From Crocinitomicaceae bacterium (lineage in GTDB: Bacteria > Bacteroidota > Bacteroidia > Flavobacteriales_D > Crocinitomicaceae), in NCBI GenBank assembly GCA_044354455.1, contig JBILAB010000001.1:1-52634 (forward strand): 52,634 nucleotides of DNA, read 5' to 3'. The translations under genes and the position numbers were made by a program. Below the pieces are notes generated by a model that worked only from the letters and a program-made list of their open reading frames with translations, was not told where the DNA came from and ran no database searches. Positions 34,486-44,137 of the stretch are shown one piece after another (positions within the stretch are counted from its first letter, which is position 1; each line of letters opens with the position of its first letter).

Positions 34486-35705
34486 TACATACCAGGAAGA
34501 AGAAGGTTAATGTCCTTGTATTTTAAATCAAAGACTTTCCCTAAAATTTCATTGGTTAAAATCCCCTTATAAATATAGACTCCATTTCTAAATCCACTGT
34601 GCATCCGAACTAAATCTACTACGCCACCTCTTTCTCCCATTTCTAATATTAGCGGTGAAAATATGTTAGATAAGGCAAAGGATGCAGTTCTTGAAACTCT
34701 TGAAGCAATATTTGGTACACAATAGTGAATTACTCCATGTTTTGTAAATACTGGGTCTATGTGATTAGTTACATGAGATGTTTCAAAGCAACCACCTTGA
34801 TCAATACTTAAATCAATTACCACCGAACCAGTTTTCATACTTTGAATCATTTCTTCTGAAACAACGCAGGGTGTTTTACCAACATTTGATCGAAGTGCAC
34901 CAATTACAATATCTGCACGCCTTATTGCTTTTGCAAGTACTTTAGGTTGAATAATTGAAGTAAAAACTCTCGTTCCAATATCATTTTGTAATCTTCTTAA
35001 GCGTGAAAGGGAACTATCAAATACTTTTACAGAAGCACCAAGTCCACTTGCAGCGCGCGTTGCAAATTCTCCCACTGTCCCAGCACCAATTACAACAACT
35101 TCAGCTGGTTGTACACCTGCAATACCACCTAACATAATACCTTTTCCATTAGAAAATGAAGAAAGTAATTCTCCTGCAATTAGAATTGAAGTTGTTCCAG
35201 CAATTTCTCCCATTGTTCTAACAATTGAAAAAACACCTTCCTCATCTCGGATGTAATCCCATGCTATTGCAGTTATTTTTTTTTCAATAAGTTTTTGAAG
35301 GATTTCTTTTGGTTGCGTTGCTAGTTGTAGTGCAGAAATAAATGTTTGATTTCCGGACATCATATTAACTTCATCCTCAGAAGGTGGAGCAACTTTGCAA
35401 ATGATATCACATTTATATATCTCTTGCCTGTCCATACAAATTTCTGCGCCAGCTTCGCTGTATTCGTTATCAGTAAAATTAGCCCCTTCTCCAGCTTTTG
35501 CTTCTATTCGAACTCGATGTCCATTTGCTACAAGAAGACCAACTGCTTCTGGGACTAAGGCAACTCTTTTTTCTTGAAAAGATGTTTCCCTTGGTATTCC
35601 GATAAATAGAGCACCTTTTTTTTGAGCAATTTCCAACATTTCTTCTTTCGGCATCAAGCTTCCTTGCTGCATTAATGATTTCAATAATTCAGGATCAGTA
35701 ATCAT
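34485..35705 (-). CDS. Alanine dehydrogenase / PNT-family NAD(H)-binding dehydrogenase
   Basis: This 406-aa ORF has E.RVALVPE, a Rossmann motif (VVVIGAGTVG) and overall collinearity with the AlaDH/PNT family. Confidence 0.75.
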   Translation of the reverse strand: MITDPELLKSLMQQGSLMPKEEMLEIAQKKGALFIGIPRETSFQEKRVALVPEAVGLLVANGHRVRIEAKAGEGANFTDNEYSEAGAEICMDRQEIYKCDIICKVAPPSEDEVNMMSGNQTFISALQLATQPKEILQKLIEKKITAIAWDYIRDEEGVFSIVRTMGEIAGTTSILIAGELLSSFSNGKGIMLGGIAGVQPAEVVVIGAGTVGEFATRAASGLGASVKVFDSSLSRLRRLQNDIGTRVFTSIIQPKVLAKAIRRADIVIGALRSNVGKTPCVVSEEMIQSMKTGSVVIDLSIDQGGCFETSHVTNHIDPVFTKHGVIHYCVPNIASRVSRTASFALSNIFSPLILEMGERGGVVDLVRMHSGFRNGVYIYKGILTNEILGKVFDLKYKDINLLLPGM

Positions 35706-36127
35706 AATTCAAAGGATATTTCTCTGGTTGTTGAATTTTCAGTTATACGAATATACACCCAAATTACATCTTTTGGTAAAATAAAAGCAATTTTTTCAGC
35801 CCATTCAATAAAGAAATAGTTTGGTTCTTCAATTAATTCATCTAATCCAATCTGTAAAACCTCATTTTTATGCTCAATTCGAAAACAATCAATGTGATAT
35901 GCTTTTTTTGTCTCATTAATTACATATTCATTTACAAGGGAAAAAGTAGGAGATCCGTCAAAGGATACAATTCCCATTTCTTTTAAAAGGGCATGTATAA
36001 ATGTTGTTTTTCCATTTCCCATTTCTCCACTTAGAGCAATTATTTTTGGTTCAGGGAATAAGGCAATAAATTTCTTGGCATAATCGTCTAAATCCCCAAC
36101 AGATTCGACCTTCCAATTATAAATCAT
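35702..36127 (-). CDS. tsaE: tRNA t6A37 threonylcarbamoyladenosine biosynthesis protein TsaE
   Basis: This 141-aa ORF has the P-loop LSGEMGNGKTTF, followed by SPTF.LVNEY and H.D.FR motifs. Confidence 0.85.
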   Translation of the reverse strand: MIYNWKVESVGDLDDYAKKFIALFPEPKIIALSGEMGNGKTTFIHALLKEMGIVSFDGSPTFSLVNEYVINETKKAYHIDCFRIEHKNEVLQIGLDELIEEPNYFFIEWAEKIAFILPKDVIWVYIRITENSTTREISFEL

Positions 36128-36914
36128 TTTCTGCTAGCGTTTTATAGGGTAGTTCCTTACCATTTTTCCATTGCAACAATTCAAAATTTTCACCGTCAAA
36201 TTTGCCAAAAGTTTGATAATTTATCCATTCTCCTAAATTAAAATAAACTGAAGCGTCAAAAGTAATTTTCAAAGGTAGGTGACGATGGCCATAAATAAAA
36301 AAGTCAAACTTATTGTTCTTGTTGAATTCTTTTGAATAATTGTAAAGCCACTCATTTTCAATTCCATTAAATTGTTTATCACGAGGTCCATTTTTAGACC
36401 GACTCGTTTTTGAGAAAAAATTAGCAACTGAAAATCCAAAATTTGGATGCAATCTTGCAAAAATCCATTGACAAAAGGATGATCGAAATATTTTCTTAAT
36501 TAATTTATATCCATTATCACCTTTTCCGAGCCCATCTCCGTGCGCTATAAATAATTTTTTTGTCCCAATGCTTACTTGAATATCATCAGAATGGATTTCT
36601 ACACCTAGTTCTTTTTTGAAATAATCAAACATCCACATATCATGGTTTCCATAAAAGAAATGTACTAGAATTCCACTATCTGTTAGTGCTGCAATTTTTC
36701 CTTGTAACCGAGAAAATCCTTTTGGAATTGTGTGCTTATATTCAAACCAAAAATCAAAAATATCACCAACTAAATAAATACATGCGGCAGTTGATTCAAT
36801 ATGATTTAGCCATGAAACAATCTCTTTTTCGCGTTTTAGACTTTCAGTATCATTTGGAGCTCCCAAATGAAAATCAGATGCGAAATAAGTGTATTTTTTA
36901 TTTGTTTCTGACAT
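36117..36914 (-). CDS. lpxH: UDP-2,3-diacylglucosamine diphosphatase (LpxH-type metallophosphoesterase)
   Basis: This 265-aa ORF has SDFHLG, LVGDIFDFW, GNHD and GHRH calcineurin-like motifs in LpxH order. Confidence 0.75.
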   Translation of the reverse strand: MSETNKKYTYFASDFHLGAPNDTESLKREKEIVSWLNHIESTAACIYLVGDIFDFWFEYKHTIPKGFSRLQGKIAALTDSGILVHFFYGNHDMWMFDYFKKELGVEIHSDDIQVSIGTKKLFIAHGDGLGKGDNGYKLIKKIFRSSFCQWIFARLHPNFGFSVANFFSKTSRSKNGPRDKQFNGIENEWLYNYSKEFNKNNKFDFFIYGHRHLPLKITFDASVYFNLGEWINYQTFGKFDGENFELLQWKNGKELPYKTLAENDL

Positions 36915-38042
36915 TTAATGACCAAAAATTTGGAGTAGTTCATTTGACAATGCTTCACCTCTTAAATTGAGTTTAATTATCTTTCCATCTTTGTCAATAA
37001 GAACTGTAAAAGGCACAGAATTTACTTTATAAATTTTTCCGACCTTACTATTCCATCCACCTAAATCACTAACGTGATTTTTCCATGTAAGTTTATCAGC
37101 AATGATTGCGGACTTCCATTTTTCTATATCAGTATCAAATGAAACACTCATTATTGTAAAACCATCATTTTTATATTTTTCATAACACTTAACAACCGCT
37201 GGATTTTCTTTTCTACATGGTGCACACCAAGATGCCCAAAAATCTAATAAAACTACATTGCCTCTTAAATCGGAGAGTTTCATTTTTGTTTTTTGATCTA
37301 ACATAAGTTCTTCAAAATCGGGTGCAAGCTTTCCCGGTGCAACTAAAATAGCATCTTCTTTTATTTTTTTACTTTCAGTGTAATTTCTATAAATTTCTTT
37401 TACGGTTGGACTAATATTAAAAGCAGAATTTAGTTCATTAATTACTGACTCCAATTGCGCAACATCTTTTGTTTGGATGTGCGGTAAAGCGAAATACAAA
37501 GCTGCAGAATTTTTATTTGCTCTGATATAAGTTTGTAAATCATTCATGAATAGCGTATGTTGTTTTTCCATATAGTCATTAATGACTTTTTGTTTAGTTG
37601 TATCTTTATTAATAGCGATTAATGCAGAATCAGTTTTTTGATTCCATTTTCTAGAGATTATCGAAAAGTCATTTATAATTTTAGATTCATCAGAACCAAC
37701 GAAGTTGCAAAAATTCGAGATGTTTGAACCGTCGCCATAAATCTTAAAACTACTATTCTCTCTTAAAATTAGGTTTATATCTTCTTTTCCCACTCGTAAA
37801 ACATAGTAGTCTGTTGAAGGCACTTTTCCTTTAAAACTAAAGTTACCTTGTTCATCTATTGAGAATTTATGGTAATCTTTATAAAGTTTCTTTCCTTCGG
37901 TACTTGTGTAAATTTGAGCTAAAATTAGTTCCTTTACAGGAGGCTTAAATATCATGCCCGACAAAGTAACTTCAATTTCAGATTGACCAAAGATGATAAA
38001 AGAACATAAAAGGAATATGCTTATTAATAATTTTTTTTTCAT
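36915..38042 (-). CDS. TlpA-family thiol:disulfide oxidoreductase with an N-terminal beta-rich (DUF4369-like) domain
   Basis: This 375-aa ORF has a signal peptide and a C-terminal thioredoxin fold with FWASWCAPCRKE. Confidence 0.8.
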   Translation of the reverse strand: MKKKLLISIFLLCSFIIFGQSEIEVTLSGMIFKPPVKELILAQIYTSTEGKKLYKDYHKFSIDEQGNFSFKGKVPSTDYYVLRVGKEDINLILRENSSFKIYGDGSNISNFCNFVGSDESKIINDFSIISRKWNQKTDSALIAINKDTTKQKVINDYMEKQHTLFMNDLQTYIRANKNSAALYFALPHIQTKDVAQLESVINELNSAFNISPTVKEIYRNYTESKKIKEDAILVAPGKLAPDFEELMLDQKTKMKLSDLRGNVVLLDFWASWCAPCRKENPAVVKCYEKYKNDGFTIMSVSFDTDIEKWKSAIIADKLTWKNHVSDLGGWNSKVGKIYKVNSVPFTVLIDKDGKIIKLNLRGEALSNELLQIFGH

Positions 38043-38048
38043 GATATA

Positions 38049-39239
38049 TTAATTGATAATTTCTGTAATTTTTTGTTCGAGTGCTGGGCCGCGAAGATTT
38101 TTTCCAATTATTTTACCTTCTTTGTTAACTAAAATTGTATGAGGAATTGCTTCAATGGAATATAAATTAATCATAGATGACTCCCATCCCAATAAATCGC
38201 TTACATGATTTGGCCAAACAAGCCCATCTCTTAAAATTGCATTTTTCCATGCATTTATATCTTCATCTAAAGAAACAGAAAGAATTGTAAATCCTTTTTT
38301 TTGATATTTGGAGTAAAGTTTTACTAAAGTTGGATTTTCTTTTCTACACGGTGCACACCAAGATGCCCAGAAGTCAATTAAGACAATTTTTCCTCGTAAC
38401 TCGGACAGTTTTACTGTTTTTCCTTCAGGTGTATTTAAACTAATTTCAGGGGCTTGAATTGTACCATTTTTATTTTCGGAATATTGACTGTAAGCATTTT
38501 CGATATCTTCCACTTGCCTTCTAAATGTTTCTGCAACTGTTGTATTAGGGTAGCTTTCTTCAAATGCCTGTGCAACTACTTTTAGTATTTCCAGGTTGTT
38601 TAGGTCCCAATTATCGAAACTAGAACTTGGAAATAGTGAGCCAGTCATGACGATATTAAATGGATTTGATGGGCTATCTAGGATTTTAGTTTGTGTTACA
38701 GCTTCTAGTTTATTTTTAATTTTAAGGAATTGAATAGTGAGTTCTTCGATTGAAACACTTCCTTCCTTCGCTTTTAAATTTGCCTGTTCTAGCTGAAATT
38801 GTTTCATTAATCGGAGGTAATCGTTCATTGAACTACTCCATTTTGTTCCTGAAGCATTTGGTTCTTTAGGGAATTCTTCTGAAGTGCAATTTATTTTCAG
38901 TTTATCTCCTGGCACCATTGTTACAGGAATTACATTTTGTGGATTTTCACCAACTCTAAGTAAATAATATCCAATACTTGGTATGTTACCTTCTAATTTA
39001 AAACTTCCTGAAGCAGAAATAAGCGTGTCTGCAACTTGAATCATACCGCGATCACTTGGAGCTTCTATGTAAATTCTTAAATTTTCAGCACCAGTAATTT
39101 TTCCAGAAACGGCAAAATTAATTTTTAAGGGTTCAATATTGTTTTTTGATTTAATCCATATCCTATAGCTAGTTGTACCTATAACACATATTAATGCTAT
39201 AATTAGACCGGTTTTGTATTTATATACGAATTCCTTCAT
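38049..39239 (-). CDS. TlpA-family thiol:disulfide oxidoreductase, a tandem paralogue of the previous gene
   Basis: This 396-aa ORF has an N-terminal TM/signal anchor and the same FWASWCAPCRKENP active site. A ~45-nt stretch around the CxxC codons is nearly identical at the nucleotide level to the neighbouring gene. Confidence 0.8.
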   Translation of the reverse strand: MKEFVYKYKTGLIIALICVIGTTSYRIWIKSKNNIEPLKINFAVSGKITGAENLRIYIEAPSDRGMIQVADTLISASGSFKLEGNIPSIGYYLLRVGENPQNVIPVTMVPGDKLKINCTSEEFPKEPNASGTKWSSSMNDYLRLMKQFQLEQANLKAKEGSVSIEELTIQFLKIKNKLEAVTQTKILDSPSNPFNIVMTGSLFPSSSFDNWDLNNLEILKVVAQAFEESYPNTTVAETFRRQVEDIENAYSQYSENKNGTIQAPEISLNTPEGKTVKLSELRGKIVLIDFWASWCAPCRKENPTLVKLYSKYQKKGFTILSVSLDEDINAWKNAILRDGLVWPNHVSDLLGWESSMINLYSIEAIPHTILVNKEGKIIGKNLRGPALEQKITEIIN

Positions 39240-39241
39240 TT

Positions 39242-40696
39242 TTATTTTTCTAGCATTTGTCTTAACAAGCTATTTGCAATTTTCGGGTCTGCTTTACCAT
39301 TAGAAATCTGCATTAATTTCCCCATAAAGAAACCAGTTAATTGTTTCTCACCTTCTTTATAACGTTCAACTTCTGCTTTATTTTCTTCGAATACTTTAAG
39401 AATGAAATTTTTTAAGGTGTCCTCGCTTGAATCTTGAATTAAATTTAGTCTTTCAGCAATCAACAAAGCGGGCTCTTCACTTTTTAACATTTCTGGAAAA
39501 ATTTTCTGTGAGGCAATAGAACTTGAAATTTTCCCCTCGTCAATAAGTTTAATCAATGAAGCAATTCGCTCAGCATTTAGTGGGAACTCATCTATTTCTT
39601 TTCCGAATTCATTTAAATATGATTTTATATCACCCATAATCCAGTTTGCTGCAGCTTTGTAATTTTTAGTTTGACGAATTAATTCTTCGTAATACAAGGC
39701 AATTCCTTTATTATCTGTTAAGTTGTAAGCGTCATATTCAGACAAACCAAATTCTCTGGTGTATTTCTCAAAAAGTGCGCGTGGCAAAGTTGGCATGTCC
39801 TTTTTTATTTCGTCAATCTGCTCTTGTTTGATAAATAAAGGCTGTAAATCTGGTTCTGGAAAATACCGGTAATCATTTGCTGCTTCTTTGCTTCGCATAG
39901 AAATTGTAATTCCTTTTAACGCATCAAATCCTCTTGTTTCTTGTGAAAGCTGTCCTCCTGATTCAAGTACTTCTATTTGGCGAGTTATTTCAAATTCAAT
40001 TGCTCGCTGCACATTTCGAATAGAATTCATATTTTTCACCTCGACTTTCGTTCCAAATGCATCTTGACCTTTTATACGAACAGAAATATTTGCATCACAC
40101 CTCAAAGATCCTTCTTCCATATTTCCGTCGCAAATATCGAGGTAGCGAACTAATTTTCTAATTTCACTGACATAATTATAGGCCTCCTGAGAACTTCTTA
40201 ATTCAGGCTCTGAAACAATTTCAAGTAGGGGAGTGCCTGCTCTGTTTAAGTCAACTAAAGTATCATAAACATCAACATCGTGAATGCTTTTTCCAGCATC
40301 TTCCTCCATGTGAATTCGAGTGATGTTAATCTTCTTTTCTTGATTTTCTTCCGTTCGAATTACAATACTTCCTCCGGTACAAATCGGTGTGGTATCTTGG
40401 GTAATTTGATATCCCTTTGGTAAATCTGGGTAAAAATAATTTTTTCTTGCGAAATGTTGTTCTCGTGCAATATCGCAACCACAAGCTATTCCCAAACGAA
40501 TTGCAAAATCAATTGTTTTGGAGTTCATCTTTGGTAAGGTTCCGGGATGTCCAAGTGTTATTGCACTAATATTCGTATTTACTTGCGCGCCGTATTCATT
40601 TACATCGTTGGAATATGCTTTAGTTTTGGTCAACATTTGCGCGTGAACCTCTAATCCAATTACTGCTTCGTATTTATCGCGTACTTCCTTTTCCAT
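39242..40696 (-). CDS. gatB: Asp-tRNA(Asn)/Glu-tRNA(Gln) amidotransferase subunit B
   Basis: This 484-aa ORF has YEAVIGLEVHAQ, KNYFYPDLPKGYQI(T)Q, RIHMEEDAGK and RCDANISVR motifs, plus a C-terminal GatB/YqeY domain. Confidence 0.95.
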   Translation of the reverse strand: MEKEVRDKYEAVIGLEVHAQMLTKTKAYSNDVNEYGAQVNTNISAITLGHPGTLPKMNSKTIDFAIRLGIACGCDIAREQHFARKNYFYPDLPKGYQITQDTTPICTGGSIVIRTEENQEKKINITRIHMEEDAGKSIHDVDVYDTLVDLNRAGTPLLEIVSEPELRSSQEAYNYVSEIRKLVRYLDICDGNMEEGSLRCDANISVRIKGQDAFGTKVEVKNMNSIRNVQRAIEFEITRQIEVLESGGQLSQETRGFDALKGITISMRSKEAANDYRYFPEPDLQPLFIKQEQIDEIKKDMPTLPRALFEKYTREFGLSEYDAYNLTDNKGIALYYEELIRQTKNYKAAANWIMGDIKSYLNEFGKEIDEFPLNAERIASLIKLIDEGKISSSIASQKIFPEMLKSEEPALLIAERLNLIQDSSEDTLKNFILKVFEENKAEVERYKEGEKQLTGFFMGKLMQISNGKADPKIANSLLRQMLEK

Positions 40697-40700
40697 TCTT

Positions 40701-41513
40701 TTATATTCGAGAAATCAATTCTTTCATTATTAAGGTCATCTTTGGTTCTTGTTTACCCGCAACTTCAATTACATCTTGAACACTTACTTTTTGAATCTTT
40801 CCAGGAACTCCTAAATCTGTGATGATTGATATCGCAAAACAAGGAATATCCATGTGTCGAGCCACAATTACCTCAGGAACGGTAGACATTCCAACTGCGT
40901 CAGCTCCTGTATTTCTAACATATTGGTATTCTGCTGGCGTTTCTAGGGTTGGACCTGTTAATCCTGCATAACATCCTACAGCAATTCTAATATCGTTTTC
41001 TTTCGCAATTGTCAGCGCCAAAGCAATCATGCTTGAATCATAAGGCTCACTCATATCTGGAAAACGTGGTCCTAATTCATCAAAATTTTTGCCGATAAGA
41101 GGATTTCCAGGAAAAAGGTTAATGTGATCGTTTTGAATCATAATTTCCCCTACTATAAAATCTGGGTTTACACCTCCTGAAGCATTGCTTACAAAAAGAC
41201 GTTCAATTCCCAATAATTTCATAACTCTAACAGGAAATGTAACTTGTTGTAAAGTGTAACCTTCATAATAATGAAAACGACCTTGCATTGCTACAACTTT
41301 TTTTCCGCCTAATTCACCAAAAATTAATTTTCCCGAATGACTTTCTACTGTTGAAACAGGAAAATTAGGGATGTCCTCATAGGGAATTTCATCGATAATA
41401 TTTATTTCATTTACCAAGCCACCTAGTCCAGTTCCAAGAATAATTCCAATTTTTGGTTCAACATTTGTTTTTGAACGAATATAAGCTGCAGATTCTTTAA
41501 ATTGCTGTAACAT
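40701..41513 (-). CDS. Purine nucleoside phosphorylase (trimeric PNP/MTAP family)
   Basis: This 270-aa ORF has GIILGTGLG, S.V.SH.GKL..G.L.GK.V..MQGRFH.YEG, SNASGG and GMSTVPE motifs. Confidence 0.85.
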   Translation of the reverse strand: MLQQFKESAAYIRSKTNVEPKIGIILGTGLGGLVNEINIIDEIPYEDIPNFPVSTVESHSGKLIFGELGGKKVVAMQGRFHYYEGYTLQQVTFPVRVMKLLGIERLFVSNASGGVNPDFIVGEIMIQNDHINLFPGNPLIGKNFDELGPRFPDMSEPYDSSMIALALTIAKENDIRIAVGCYAGLTGPTLETPAEYQYVRNTGADAVGMSTVPEVIVARHMDIPCFAISIITDLGVPGKIQKVSVQDVIEVAGKQEPKMTLIMKELISRI

Positions 41514-42525
41514 ATTTTTTTATTAATAAATTAAATTCATCTTCATTTTCAATCTTTAAATCAATAGGCAAATAATACCAAGGATAGTTCTCTAATTCGT
41601 CAGCCTTTAATTTAGTTTGAAGACGAACATAATCTTTTTCAGTGGTAATAATTACACTATTTTCTTGTGCAAAAGTATCAAATTTTTGGTGGATTACCTT
41701 TATGTCGGAGGAATCAAAATTATGATGATCAGCAAAGAGAACTACTTCAACTTTATACTTTTTGCGAAGTTCAATAATTAGGGTTTCCGGTTGAGCTATT
41801 CCACAAACTAATAAAACTGTTTCAAATGAAGTTCTTTTTGCACCAAAAGAGATCAATTCACCATATTCTATTGAACTAAAAAAAATGGGTTTTGAATATT
41901 TTTGCATGCATTCTCTAATCCTATTTTTATGAGCCGCTTCAATTGATTCGGGACATTTGGTAATAACGATACAATCAGCTCTTTTTGCGCCACATCTCGC
42001 TTCTCTAAGGTTGCCAACAGGAAGAAGAAAATCACTTGAAAATATTTGCTGAAAGGGTGTTAGAAGAATAGAAAATCCGGCATTTACTGATCTATGTTGA
42101 AAAGCATCATCAAGTAATAATAAAGTGTTTTTAGTTTGAATTTTTAAAAGTTCATTTGCTCCAAGACTTCTTTTTTCTGCAACAGCAACTGTAATCTCTG
42201 ATTTAAAGCGATTCTTATAGAGCAGTGGCTCATCTCCAACATCATCAGAAGTAGAATCTTCGGTTACTTCTTTGTAGCCAGATGTCTTTCTGCCATATCC
42301 ACGACTTAAGATTTGAACTTGGAAATCATTTTTAAATAAATTTGTCAAGTAAATAGTCATGGGTGTCTTACCACTTCCTCCAACTGATAAATTTCCAATA
42401 CAAATTGATGGTTCTTGTAGTTTTTGAGATGTAATAATTCCCCAATCGAATAAAAGATTTCGTATTAAGGTAATTATATAATACAAAAAAGAGAATGGAA
42501 ATAGGAAATACCGAAATAAATTCAT
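41497..42525 (-). CDS. lpxK: Tetraacyldisaccharide 4'-kinase
   Basis: This 342-aa ORF has an N-terminal membrane helix, the P-loop GNLSVGGSGKTP, SRGYGR and LLDDAFQH motifs. Confidence 0.85.
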   Translation of the reverse strand: MNLFRYFLFPFSFLYYIITLIRNLLFDWGIITSQKLQEPSICIGNLSVGGSGKTPMTIYLTNLFKNDFQVQILSRGYGRKTSGYKEVTEDSTSDDVGDEPLLYKNRFKSEITVAVAEKRSLGANELLKIQTKNTLLLLDDAFQHRSVNAGFSILLTPFQQIFSSDFLLPVGNLREARCGAKRADCIVITKCPESIEAAHKNRIRECMQKYSKPIFFSSIEYGELISFGAKRTSFETVLLVCGIAQPETLIIELRKKYKVEVVLFADHHNFDSSDIKVIHQKFDTFAQENSVIITTEKDYVRLQTKLKADELENYPWYYLPIDLKIENEDEFNLLIKKYVTAI

Positions 42526-42549
42526 CTAGCGAATTTACAAAGCATTCTC

Positions 42550-43236
42550 TTAATTTACATGATAATCAGATAATTCTTGCTCGTCGGCATAATAAAAAAC
42601 TCTTATGAGAGCAGTATCGTTTAAGAAATCAATCTTTCCAATTTCAAAGCGATTAATAGATAAGCCAGTACGTTTTTCTAAATCTGCTTTCATTTCTTCA
42701 TATTTATCAGGTGTTATAAGATCTATTCGCTCATAATTGATTGTTTTTCGAGTTTCGTGCTTCATTAACCAAACATATTCTAAAATATACGTTAAGATTA
42801 CAACAGAAAAATTTATAGTGGCTAATTCAGCCATGCTCAATTTATTTGCACCTAAAGCATTTACAACACTTATGCCAATTATCAAAAATAAGTAGGTCAT
42901 TTCTTTAATTTCAATGGCATCTGTCCGATAGCGAATAATACCAAATATTGCGAAAAGCCCCAAGCCCATTCCAGTATCAATATCTAATTTCTTTAAACCG
43001 AAGCAAAGAAAAAAGGTAATTGTCCCAATTAAATAGTAGGTGAAAAGGTAATCTTTCCGTTTTGTTTTGGGATAATAGAGGTAACGAATAATAATTGTAA
43101 GGAAAAATAAATTTATTGCAAACCTCAACAAAAGCATATAAAAATCGTCATTAAACCAAATGATGGTTGTTGAATCTGTAATAATCTCTGCAGATTTTTT
43201 TAATGGAAAAAAAATAAAGTTAAATAGTTGTGTCAT
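42550..43236 (-). CDS. DUF4956 domain-containing membrane protein
   Basis: This 228-aa ORF has 4-5 hydrophobic helices followed by a soluble C-terminal tail. The layout and its pairing with a VTC-domain gene are typical of DUF4956. Confidence 0.6.
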   Translation of the reverse strand: MTQLFNFIFFPLKKSAEIITDSTTIIWFNDDFYMLLLRFAINLFFLTIIIRYLYYPKTKRKDYLFTYYLIGTITFFLCFGLKKLDIDTGMGLGLFAIFGIIRYRTDAIEIKEMTYLFLIIGISVVNALGANKLSMAELATINFSVVILTYILEYVWLMKHETRKTINYERIDLITPDKYEEMKADLEKRTGLSINRFEIGKIDFLNDTALIRVFYYADEQELSDYHVN

Positions 43237-43981
43237 TGTTCATTTTTTTTAAATAAAGTAATTTTCTTTTAAAGCGATTGAATTTTAATTTACCTTCTCC
43301 ATATAATTCCATTGACCCTAAACAGTATTTACTAAGTCGGTAGGGTCTTAGACTTTTACTTTTCATGATTTTGAAAAATGGAGAAGAACGATTTAGTTTT
43401 TCTTGTTTTAATTCTGAGATAACCAAATTAGGAAAGGGGCAAGAGATTTCACCAAACTTAAATTCGATGTTAAAATCTAAAGTTAATCGTTCGTTTAATT
43501 CATTGTGAACAAGTGTTAAACGTTGAAATGTATTCCACATAGTTGGATTCAAACTCATGGATTTTTTGAGTTGCTTATCAATAAATAGCTGTTGTTTCTC
43601 TTCAAAAATTGGGTTAAAATCTTGTGTTTCTATTCTTTTTTTATCCGTTCGACCCTTAAATTTGTGTTTAATTTCCAAGAATAGTAGATTTGATTCTACA
43701 TACTTACGAATCCGGACTTTAAATCGATCTGTTTTTCCTTTGTGATGGTCTTGAAAAAATGAAAATCTCTCATCATCAAAATAGAGACTTTCGTATTTTG
43801 GTGTCCGTATAGTATTTATTTCTAATATTTTATATTCTGATTTAAGCTCGTGTAACAATTCTTCTAATAAGCCAATACGAAAAGCAAATTTGGTGTCGAT
43901 ACGGTTCATTAATTTTACCCGATCCATTTCAGCAAGTGAAATAGGTGAAAATGTATTTAGTATGTTAAGTATATCTTGCAT
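43220..43981 (-). CDS. VTC-domain (polyphosphate polymerase-like, triphosphate tunnel metalloenzyme fold) protein
   Basis: This 253-aa ORF has R.DTKF, YESLYFD, alternating basic strands (DRFKVRIRKY, LFLEIKHKFKGRTDKKR) and SELKQE, which fit the CYTH/TTM tunnel pattern of bacterial VTC-domain proteins. It overlaps the DUF4956 gene by 17 nt. Confidence 0.6.
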   Translation of the reverse strand: MQDILNILNTFSPISLAEMDRVKLMNRIDTKFAFRIGLLEELLHELKSEYKILEINTIRTPKYESLYFDDERFSFFQDHHKGKTDRFKVRIRKYVESNLLFLEIKHKFKGRTDKKRIETQDFNPIFEEKQQLFIDKQLKKSMSLNPTMWNTFQRLTLVHNELNERLTLDFNIEFKFGEISCPFPNLVISELKQEKLNRSSPFFKIMKSKSLRPYRLSKYCLGSMELYGEGKLKFNRFKRKLLYLKKMNNDTTI

Positions 43982-44125
43982 TTACGTTAACACAAAGTTA
44001 AGTGATTTAGGCAATAAAAATCATAAGTTGATTAATAATGAAAGAAACTTGTTCAATGTCAATATTTTTAGTTTAATAATTAAACTTTTAGAAAAGCAAA
44101 AAAGTGCTTTTTTTACTTGTTTGTC

Positions 44126-44133
44126 TATCTTTG
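44126..44133 (+). promoter_or_regulatory. Candidate -7 box (TATCTTTG) for purT
   Basis: It is an exact TAnnTTTG match 4 nt before the ATG at 44138. It lies inside the longer TTG-initiated track ORF. Confidence 0.4.
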
Positions 44134-44137
44134 CTAT

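Noticed and set aside
44085-44115. Weak A/T-rich hairpin plus T-run (aaaagc-N8-gctttt ttt) before purT, considered as a terminator or attenuator
   Set aside because: The stem is almost all A-T pairs, no plus-strand gene ends upstream of it, and it precedes the purT promoter box.
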